This document shows, piece by piece, positions 1 through 7,439 of a stretch of DNA of 40,927 nucleotides (position 1 is its first letter; each line of letters starts with the position of its first letter). A model generated the notes under the pieces. That model was not told the DNA's origin. It made no database searches and saw nothing but the letters and a program-made list of their open reading frames with translations. Position numbers and translations under genes: made by a program. Source of the DNA: a virus (Duplodnaviria > Caudoviricetes); IMG/VR virus record IMGVR_UViG_3300017913_001448, positions 1 to 40,927 of that record. The stretch is one strand, 5' to 3'.

Positions 1-1
1 A

Positions 2-1534
2 CTCCATACCAGCACGAGCCCCGGCCAACGCATATTCACCAAACGTTCTATCTTTCCCAACAGTAGTCCAAACTTTGAGTCTTTCATCTGTTTCCTCCGA
101 CTTTTGTCTATCAATAACCTTTGCACTCAGTTTTGCACACTCACGGAATGCACTTTTCCATGTTTCAAATGGCCCTGTGTTAAACTTAGTTACGCAACTC
201 ATTTGATCCATCTTTTTAAATCTATCACTAATACTTGTAGTCATATCAGTTTTAGATGTATCCATATCTCGTGTCATCTGTGTTGGAAACAACTTAATGC
301 CTCCATAGCCGTACACAAGGTCATTGATAGGATTCATACTACGCCATACATGCACTGCACGAGTGTCTTCTGCTACATAATCAAAATTAAAGTTTTCATC
401 TACTTGAGCGTCACCATCTACGATCCAAAACATTTCTGTTTCGCAAATGTTAGCCGCGGCAATGTGTGCTTGATGAATACCTTTTACACCGTGTATACGT
501 TTTGCACGAGGAAAACGTTTTACTAGATTGTCGTAGTTTTCATCTGCGTTTGGTTCATTGTAACTGATCATTACAATGTCATATTCGTCATTTTGTACTA
601 CAGGTTCTGGAATGTATTCTGTAGTGATATATTGGTGTTCAGGACGTGGAGGATTTTTGTATGTAAGTTTGTAAAATTCACTTTGTTGCTTATCAAATGG
701 ATCAACAGGAATAGGCACATTTAGTTCAAAACGTAGTGTTTCTCCTAAGCCTTCGATCTCATACGGCAACATATCTTCTGCAATTTGACTATACTCGTCA
801 CGCCAAATTTTATTAAGATATTCAAAGTCACGAACATTTACATAGTTCCAATCTGTACACATTGTTTTGTACAGACCTTCTCTTGCACCATAGATTGCCC
901 ACAATCCATTTTCTACATCAGCGCCAACTGTGCTCCAAACATACAAACGTTCTAAATTCTTCCAATGAGATCCGATGAGTTCTTTTGCGGTAGGTTTGAC
1001 TCCTTCAATAAGTGACATTTTAACACCTTCACGAAAACCTGCTCGCCAAGCCTGTTGCGGTGTTGAATTATTGTAAACTGTACTCATACAATCATTAATT
1101 TGAATGTATTCTAAGTCCCAACAAAAGTCTACTTGTGCTCGTGCATTGTTTGGATCAGCATTTTCGTGTGTGCGCATACGCAACACGGTGTTTTTATCCC
1201 AGCATTTAATGCCGCCATTTCCATAACGCAGTCCATTAATAATGTTATCACCTGTCCAACTGATAACATGCCTGCTTAGATCCACACCTGGCTTAAAATT
1301 AATTACTTGATTTAAGAATCTTTCGTCGATTCTATTGTCACCGTCAATAGTAATAAATCTATCTGTACTGCTAAGTTCTGCACACGCCTTGTGTGCGGCG
1401 TCACTGCCTTCTACACCATGGACACGTTTTGCCCAAGGCACTTTAGTAAGCAAATCTGCATAATTTTCCTCTGCATTTGGCTCATCATAACTAAGATAGA
1501 TAATGTCGTAGTCTATAACTTTAAATTGTGGCAT
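2..1534 (-). CDS. Glycosyltransferase-like protein with two tandem GT-A-like domains (partial, runs off the left edge; absent from the ORF track)
   Basis: Manual translation from the ATG at 1534 (MPQFKVIDYDIIYLSYDEPNAEENY...) stays open to the window edge, at least 511 aa. It has two homologous copies of YDI..xSYxEPNAxENY..L..R(V/I)HGVxG..AH..(FITIDGD/FWIVDGD)..YGxGGIK..W(R/K)xxFRE, each with a DxD motif. The start overlaps the stop of the upstream gene. Confidence 0.8.
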   Translation of the reverse strand, partial: MPQFKVIDYDIIYLSYDEPNAEENYADLLTKVPWAKRVHGVEGSDAAHKACAELSSTDRFITIDGDNRIDERFLNQVINFKPGVDLSRHVISWTGDNIINGLRYGNGGIKCWDKNTVLRMRTHENADPNNARAQVDFCWDLEYIQINDCMSTVYNNSTPQQAWRAGFREGVKMSLIEGVKPTAKELIGSHWKNLERLYVWSTVGADVENGLWAIYGAREGLYKTMCTDWNYVNVRDFEYLNKIWRDEYSQIAEDMLPYEIEGLGETLRFELNVPIPVDPFDKQQSEFYKLTYKNPPRPEHQYITTEYIPEPVVQNDEYDIVMISYNEPNADENYDNLVKRFPRAKRIHGVKGIHQAHIAAANICETEMFWIVDGDAQVDENFNFDYVAEDTRAVHVWRSMNPINDLVYGYGGIKLFPTQMTRDMDTSKTDMTTSISDRFKKMDQMSCVTKFNTGPFETWKSAFRECAKLSAKVIDRQKSEETDERLKVWTTVGKDRTFGEYALAGARAGME

Positions 1535-2039
1535 CGATTATTCCATAGGATTTGAACACCATCGGTGTGTATATACTTACATCCTCTTTTTCTTCTACAC
1601 TCGAGAATGTGACTTCAAAATTGTTAGTTAATTGTTCAATAGTAGCATCAAAAGTTCTTATTAGCATGTGTATATCACGTCTGCGGGTAACGCTAAACTT
1701 ACATATTTGATTTGGCGCCAGCAATACATTGCTGTTTGCTACTTGTACAGTCCATTTGTCGTTATGCTTTGTAATTATACATTCAGCATCTTGTGTGTAA
1801 GGCACATGATGGATAATATCCTTGATATCATAATTTACTTTAGGCTTTTCATAAGGCAAAAGAACATAGGACTTTGTGCTTACATTATATTTTACAATGT
1901 AATTGTTGCGCTCTGTGCTATTTTCTACAAATCTTATGTATGCTTCTTCGCTTACTTCAATGTAGTTATCATCTTCTGGTGTAACATTAGTAAAGCCTGT
2001 GATTTTACCAGTATCTTTATCGAATATTACATAATACAT
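1521..2039 (-). CDS. Hypothetical protein (172 aa) within the glycosyltransferase operon
   Basis: Same strand as both neighbours and overlaps both (14 and 13 nt). No recognisable catalytic motif. Confidence 0.75.
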   Translation of the reverse strand: MYYVIFDKDTGKITGFTNVTPEDDNYIEVSEEAYIRFVENSTERNNYIVKYNVSTKSYVLLPYEKPKVNYDIKDIIHHVPYTQDAECIITKHNDKWTVQVANSNVLLAPNQICKFSVTRRRDIHMLIRTFDATIEQLTNNFEVTFSSVEEKEDVSIYTPMVFKSYGIIDATI

Positions 2040-2833
2040 TCTTGATACCTTTCAAGGATAGTATCACAGAAGTCTTTTTCTGTGTAATGGAAAATACCTT
2101 GTTGTTTGTAATTACCAATTTTTAAATCGTTGTTCATATACCAGTCAACTTTTTGCTGCCATTTCTCGTTAGTATGTTCCCAACCTTGTAGATGATTCTT
2201 CATATGTACAAAATTAACCAAATCGTAGTCACGTTCTTCGTACATCCCTAACATATCACATGCTATAGCCGCACATACATCGATACTTACATGCTGAGGC
2301 TTGTAATCGTTACAGTAGATATCATAAAAATCTTTCCATTCACTAATAACAACTTCAAGTATTGCAAAAAACTTGTGTGCAGGTTTAACCTTACGGAAGT
2401 AATACATACCTGTGTAGATGTTTGGCAACATATTTGCTTCAAATGTTTTACGATAGTAATTGCCTTTGACAGGTTCACCTCTATAAGTTACAGGATTCTG
2501 TGTAAAATATAAATTTAAGCCTTCGAATAAGTCCCAATCAATTTTATCAAGTATAAGAACGTCACTATCTAACACAATAGTTTCATCGTACGGAGAAAGT
2601 TCAAAGGCTTTGTACCTATTTTCTACTTTCCATTCGCTGTTTTGTGCATCATCTGCATCTATAACAATAACCTGATCGAACACAAGTTTGTATTCAACAG
2701 GTACTTCTTTGTCTGTAACAAGTGTAAATGACTTATTGCCACTGTATGTGCCACTGAGCGCACACAAATATGCTTGTTTTACATAATCGTCTGTGCTGTT
2801 GTTTTGTGCAAAAATTAAAAATCCTTGGCTCAT
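2027..2833 (-). CDS. Glycosyltransferase-like protein, GT-A fold (GT8-like), paralog A
   Basis: N-terminal strand-helix GFLIFAQNN..DYVKQAYLCALS, TLVTD, ENRYKAFELSPYDETIVLDSDVL (DxD), NIYTGMYYF and C-terminal IFHYTEK. This motif order matches GT8/LgtC-type enzymes. Confidence 0.7.
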   Translation of the reverse strand: MSQGFLIFAQNNSTDDYVKQAYLCALSGTYSGNKSFTLVTDKEVPVEYKLVFDQVIVIDADDAQNSEWKVENRYKAFELSPYDETIVLDSDVLILDKIDWDLFEGLNLYFTQNPVTYRGEPVKGNYYRKTFEANMLPNIYTGMYYFRKVKPAHKFFAILEVVISEWKDFYDIYCNDYKPQHVSIDVCAAIACDMLGMYEERDYDLVNFVHMKNHLQGWEHTNEKWQQKVDWYMNNDLKIGNYKQQGIFHYTEKDFCDTILERYQECIM

Positions 2834-3621
2834 AGCAGTTCCTCTAGGCTAAATTTGTTCATTGCATGTATTGTCATGCCTTGGGTTTTGTAGGGTGCGC
2901 CATCCTCGCATACAAATTCTAATGTGTCGTCTTTTATACCACACACAATGTCTCTATCTGATGTGTAAAACAATGTTCCAGGCATAGGTGCTACAAAATC
3001 TGCACGACTATGATCATTCATAATGTGTGCGGCAATGCTAAATGCAAAATCATTTCTAAAAGTTTGGCTTAGTATTTGATAAGACATTCTGTAGTGCGGA
3101 TAATTATCTTTTACATGTTCTACGAGATCAAAAAATGTTTTGTTAGGTTTTGTTTTTCTAAAAAATACACAAGTTGCCCAATAAAAATCTATGCTTGTGT
3201 CACTAATTTTATCAAACTCTCTATAGTCTCTATTCTGTGCAATATGATATGCATCTCTATACATCAGTAAATCTTCAGATTGATCAAAGCAGTGCCTAAA
3301 AGTATCATCACATATGATTACATCGCTGTCGAGAATTAGTGTTTCGTCATACGGACTAAGTTCAAAACTACTTGAACGTTTTGTGTTTTTAAAACTAAGC
3401 ATACTGTTATTAGTAGTGCCGTTATTATACTGCTTTGCAGTGTATGCATCTAGTGTTTCTACAATAACATTGTCAAATACGTTTTCATTAATTGGTGTAT
3501 CTGTAATTATTGTAGTAGGAAGTCCAAGATACTTTTCTGCACGTATAGCAAGATCACGTGCTTGCTTTACATAATGAATTGCTTCGTTATTGAATGCGTA
3601 TACAAGAATACCTTTAGACAC
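2830..3621 (-). CDS. Glycosyltransferase-like protein, GT-A fold (GT8-like), paralog B
   Basis: GILVYAFNN..HYVKQA, TIITD, FELSPYDETLILDSDVII (DxD), FRNDFAFSIA, TIHAMNK. Clearly homologous to 2027-2833, with an ATGA stop/start overlap. Confidence 0.7.
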   Translation of the reverse strand: MSKGILVYAFNNEAIHYVKQARDLAIRAEKYLGLPTTIITDTPINENVFDNVIVETLDAYTAKQYNNGTTNNSMLSFKNTKRSSSFELSPYDETLILDSDVIICDDTFRHCFDQSEDLLMYRDAYHIAQNRDYREFDKISDTSIDFYWATCVFFRKTKPNKTFFDLVEHVKDNYPHYRMSYQILSQTFRNDFAFSIAAHIMNDHSRADFVAPMPGTLFYTSDRDIVCGIKDDTLEFVCEDGAPYKTQGMTIHAMNKFSLEELL

Positions 3622-3952
3622 CGAATAACCCTTCTACATTCCGCTTGCTTGATAACATTTCGTTGTATGCTTCACCGTATGAAGATGTAGCAGAATTATA
3701 TTTGTTTTTAAGTTGAGTGTAAAAGTCAAGAACATCGTCGATATACGCTGGCACATTATTAGCATCTTCTAACCAATATGCTTCTCCTTGATTCAATGCA
3801 AATGCAAGTAGTTCAACAGAAGAAACAAATGCATGTCCTTTGTAATAAAGTATGCAGTCTTTTTTGTATTTTTGTTGCAGAAGTCTTTTTTGATTATTGA
3901 ATGTTGTGACATAATCTGCGTGTTCTAGTGCATCTTTTAACCGTTGATCCAT
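3614..3952 (-). CDS. Small helical protein (112 aa), possibly DUF4376/tail-fibre-assembly-like
   Basis: AGGAG RBS at 3960-3964. WLEDANNVPAYI followed by a long helix resembles small fibre-adjacent phage proteins. The CDS is well supported; the function is tentative. Confidence 0.6.
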   Translation of the reverse strand: MDQRLKDALEHADYVTTFNNQKRLLQQKYKKDCILYYKGHAFVSSVELLAFALNQGEAYWLEDANNVPAYIDDVLDFYTQLKNKYNSATSSYGEAYNEMLSSKRNVEGLFGV

Positions 3953-3975
3953 ACGAATACTCCTATAGTGTAGTT

Positions 3976-4004
3976 ACTATAGCATAAACTACAAAGATTG
4001 TCAA
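3976..4004 (-). promoter_or_regulatory. Sigma70-type promoter for the glycosyltransferase operon
   Basis: Minus strand TTGACA (4004-3999), 17-nt spacer ending in TGc (extended -10), TATAGT (3981-3976), followed by an AGGAG RBS and the ATG at 3952. Confidence 0.75.
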
Positions 4005-4007
4005 GTG

Positions 4008-4964
4008 TTAAGTGAATACACTGCTTAATGTGTTTGGTTGTGTAGGTTGAGCAACACTAACATATGAGCCTGTTGCTCTCACAGTGTCGATTTCAATTGT
4101 AAAAGTACCTTGTACGTATTCGTCAACTGCTCTCCAGCCTTTTGCATTGTTAGGCCCTGACGGTGATGATCCTGAGTCTGAATCGGTCATCCTAACCCGC
4201 ATTTCTATTTTTGATGTGCTGGCTTCTCTGGCTTGTATTACAAAACTGTTTCCACTATACAATCCACTACCAGTTTTTGTATACACAGTCTGATAACCGC
4301 TAGTAAGTTGGAAATTGCCTATGCTTGTTCCTGTGCCGCTATTATCACTAGACGTGCTGTTATAGTTAAGTGATACTGTGCCTGCATTACTAAACATAGT
4401 TACCCAGTTATTTGTTTTAGAAACATTACCACCTGTGGCTGTGCTAGTTAAACTAATATTCCATTGTATTTTGCCGCCAGCATTAAAAAAATGCCTTCTT
4501 GCATTTGCTGATCCAAATTCAAAACCAACATCGCCAAAACTACCAGTATTTCTCCATGGTGACGGACTTAAATTTGAAGTAACTAAATTAGTAGTTGTAC
4601 TTTGTGTAGAATGCAATCTAAATCTTGCAGGATCTGCAGAAATAGTTGTGGCAAAATTCTCAAAATCCGCATATCCTTTAAGAACACTGCTAGGTTCACT
4701 ATTATCATCTGCAATAAGATTGCTTATGCTTATAGTACTAATACTTGCACTGGGAGCAAGGTTAACTTGGTGTCTGTAAATTTTATCAAAATCGTTGTAA
4801 AGGTTATTCATGTCACTTGCTGTAACAAGATCATTTACTGCAACCTGATTGCTTGCAGTTGTCATTCCATAGCCTTCAGTGCCAGAACCTACTCCAAGAA
4901 TATCTTCTACAATAGTTTGAATTGCATTATATCTTGTTGCTGTGATAATATCACCAATTGCCAT
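4008..4964 (-). CDS. Putative virion structural protein (318 aa), Ser/Thr/Gly-rich, paralog of 4994-5905
   Basis: Shares MA(I/V)GD.ITA.RYN, G.GSG.EGYG, RRHFFN.GG, KT..W, GT.IGN..LT..YQ and DE.VQG motifs with its neighbour. GGAGG RBS. Lies in the tail block. Confidence 0.75.
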   Translation of the reverse strand: MAIGDIITATRYNAIQTIVEDILGVGSGTEGYGMTTASNQVAVNDLVTASDMNNLYNDFDKIYRHQVNLAPSASISTISISNLIADDNSEPSSVLKGYADFENFATTISADPARFRLHSTQSTTTNLVTSNLSPSPWRNTGSFGDVGFEFGSANARRHFFNAGGKIQWNISLTSTATGGNVSKTNNWVTMFSNAGTVSLNYNSTSSDNSGTGTSIGNFQLTSGYQTVYTKTGSGLYSGNSFVIQAREASTSKIEMRVRMTDSDSGSSPSGPNNAKGWRAVDEYVQGTFTIEIDTVRATGSYVSVAQPTQPNTLSSVFT

Positions 4965-4981
4965 TTACAACCTCCGTATAT

Positions 4982-4988
4982 TACTTAT
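4982..4988 (-). promoter_or_regulatory. Candidate late promoter variant ATAAGTA
   Basis: One mismatch to the ATAAATA motif found in the other intergenic gaps, upstream of the RBS of 4008-4964. Confidence 0.4.
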
Positions 4989-4993
4989 GCACG

Positions 4994-5905
4994 TTAAGCA
5001 AGAGTGTCTATAATTGCGAAAGACGGTGAATCAACATCAACATAAATTCCGCTTGCACGAACAAATCCTGCTTTTGCTTCGAGCAAACCTTGCACAGGTT
5101 CGTCAATCTTGTAACCGCCAGGATTATGATCGAAATATTCTACTTCAATATCAACAATACTGCTTGACGGTGCTTTGGCTCTAATATAGTAATTATTATT
5201 ACCGTAAATCCCTGTTGCAGATTTTCTAAAAATTTCTTGGTAACTTGTTGTTAAATCATAATTACCAATCGATTGTGTGATACCAGTTCCTGTCGTTGAT
5301 GTAGTTGTATAATCAATACTAACTGTACCGCTGTTGTTTAAAATACTTTGCCAGTCTTGTGTTTTTGCAAAACTATCACCACTTACCGGAGGATTGCTAA
5401 TAGAACTAACAATGGTTAATGATCCGCCACTATTAAAAAAGTGTCTGCGATGATCCGCATTTCGGAAAGTCATTCTAAATTGACACTTTATAGGTGCTGT
5501 CCATTGATTGCGTCTTTGGTCGACTTTCGCATCAATGTCAACTGTACGCTGTGTACTTGCAAGTAAAAAGCGTTGTCCTGTGCTTTCTACTGTAGTAATT
5601 AAAGATTCGTAATCATCAAAACCTTTTGTAATATCACCGTCACTTGCCGCATCGCCAATAGTATCGCCAATTGCAACTTGACTAATACTATTTGGAATGC
5701 CTCCAGTTTGATGCACTCTAATTTTTTTAAGATCTTCGTACAAGTTATTAATATGTTGTGCTGTTACACGTAGGTTATTGTTTACAATAGAACTTGTGAC
5801 AGTTTGTCCGTAGCCTTCGTTTCCACTACCGTTACCTAGCACAGCCGCAACTCTACCTTGTGCGTTATTATACCGCGCCGCGGTGATTAAATCTCCAACT
5901 GCCAT
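4994..5905 (-). CDS. Putative virion structural protein (303 aa), paralog of 4008-4964
   Basis: Same shared motifs as its paralog. GAGGAAGG RBS upstream. Confidence 0.75.
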   Translation of the reverse strand: MAVGDLITAARYNNAQGRVAAVLGNGSGNEGYGQTVTSSIVNNNLRVTAQHINNLYEDLKKIRVHQTGGIPNSISQVAIGDTIGDAASDGDITKGFDDYESLITTVESTGQRFLLASTQRTVDIDAKVDQRRNQWTAPIKCQFRMTFRNADHRRHFFNSGGSLTIVSSISNPPVSGDSFAKTQDWQSILNNSGTVSIDYTTTSTTGTGITQSIGNYDLTTSYQEIFRKSATGIYGNNNYYIRAKAPSSSIVDIEVEYFDHNPGGYKIDEPVQGLLEAKAGFVRASGIYVDVDSPSFAIIDTLA

Positions 5906-5926
5906 TTGCCTTCCTCTTCATACTAA

Positions 5927-7408
5927 TTATACTTTAAGTACACACTCGATTAATTTTTCATCTTGCTCGTCGCTTGACTCCAATGCTACACCTACTAGAC
6001 CATTGCTTGCAATAGTGCTTGCTACACCATCTTGCCATGCATATACTGCCTGGCCTTTTGAAACTGGACCTACAACTCTTACAGGAACACGACCTTTTAG
6101 TCCAATAGATTGACCGTCAATACCGTCGTTCATAATATATGCAGGTGCTTCTGAAATCACACCAATTGCAAAGTCACTAGTTCTAGCCGCTCTAGTTTCT
6201 GCTTCGCCGCCAACTGCCATAACTGTACCTACAGGATAGTCTTGGTCAGTTGTATACTTTTCTGCTAAGTCAGCATATTCAGCACTTGTAGCAGTTCCTC
6301 TAAAGAAGTTTGCAGTAATATCACCACTACCGTCTCTGAGTGCTACTGTGCTTGCTGTTGCACTTGTTTCGCCATTATACAAGTTGCTGTTGAATCTAAT
6401 TGCTGTTGCACTATCTGCATTACCTCTAAATGCAGTTGCATGTACATTACTCCATTTTAATGTGCTTGTGCCTAATGTATATGTATTTGTTGCACCAGGA
6501 TTCATACCAGTTGCTAAGAATTGAATACTGTTAGTTTGCACACTATTAGCATTGTTTAACTTTACTTTGATAACGTTGTTTGTACCAACTTCATTTGCAA
6601 TAACCCCTTGGTTACCATTCTCAATGTAAATGTGCAAATCGTTTGAATCGCCAATTTTGATACCAGCATCATTTTGGAAATTTACAAGTTCGCTGAAGTT
6701 TGTTGCCTGGCCTGCGATTGCTCTAACAAAATCTGTTGATTCTAGACCATTTAATTTTAATGAGTTACTTGCTGTACCCCAGAAGTAATGATCCGTGCTA
6801 GTTACACCATTTGTGCTTGCAATAGTATTAACAAGTGTTACGCCCTTTTTAACCTCGTCAAATCCTGTAATAACGTTTTGCGGATCTGTATTATCAATTG
6901 TAAATGCTGTTGGACTGATTACAAAAATAACTTCATCTTCAATCGTTGCAACAATTACACTATGATTAGTATTAGATGTATCACGAACAGTCTTACTTTG
7001 CATTTGTGTTAAACCGCTACCAGTTCCTTGCGGACCAACTAGAATCCAACTTGAACCATCATATGCATACAACTGGTTGTTACCACTATCAAACCAAAAA
7101 TCACCTGATACAGCCGAAGAAGGTTGGGTTGCTGAAACTTCTGCGCCGCCTGTAGTTTTAAATACTGTGCCATCGTAAAATTTAATTTTACCAGTTGTGC
7201 TATCGTGCCAAATTTGACCTGCTACAGGTTTAGGTGGTTGCGAACTACCACTAAAGTTTTCTAACAAAAACAAAAAGTTTTCGTTTTGTATTTCGCCATA
7301 TCCTGCATAGTTCTTACCAACAAAAGTAAGATCTGTAGTGGTGTCAATTGTACCGTCTTGTACAACAACTAATGTTGCGCCACTATATTTGTTAATTGTG
7401 TATGCCAT
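5927..7408 (-). CDS. Tail fibre protein with C-terminal intramolecular chaperone (peptidase G2/IMC-like) domain
   Basis: Fibre-family N-terminus GKNYAGYGEIQNENFLFLLENF..P..GQIWHD. C-terminal YADLAEKY..GTV..GVIS..PAYIMN..LKGRVPVRVVGPVSKG is typical of autocleaved chaperone domains. Confidence 0.8.
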   Translation of the reverse strand: MAYTINKYSGATLVVVQDGTIDTTTDLTFVGKNYAGYGEIQNENFLFLLENFSGSSQPPKPVAGQIWHDSTTGKIKFYDGTVFKTTGGAEVSATQPSSAVSGDFWFDSGNNQLYAYDGSSWILVGPQGTGSGLTQMQSKTVRDTSNTNHSVIVATIEDEVIFVISPTAFTIDNTDPQNVITGFDEVKKGVTLVNTIASTNGVTSTDHYFWGTASNSLKLNGLESTDFVRAIAGQATNFSELVNFQNDAGIKIGDSNDLHIYIENGNQGVIANEVGTNNVIKVKLNNANSVQTNSIQFLATGMNPGATNTYTLGTSTLKWSNVHATAFRGNADSATAIRFNSNLYNGETSATASTVALRDGSGDITANFFRGTATSAEYADLAEKYTTDQDYPVGTVMAVGGEAETRAARTSDFAIGVISEAPAYIMNDGIDGQSIGLKGRVPVRVVGPVSKGQAVYAWQDGVASTIASNGLVGVALESSDEQDEKLIECVLKV

Positions 7409-7431
7409 GTTTTTACAACCCTTTATTTACA

Positions 7432-7438
7432 TATTTAT
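7432..7438 (-). promoter_or_regulatory. T4-like late promoter core ATAAATA
   Basis: In the 31-nt gap before the ATG at 7408, with a second GTAAATA at 7424-7430. The T4 gp55 consensus is TATAAATA and a gp55-like gene is in the window. Confidence 0.6.
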
Positions 7439-7439
7439 C

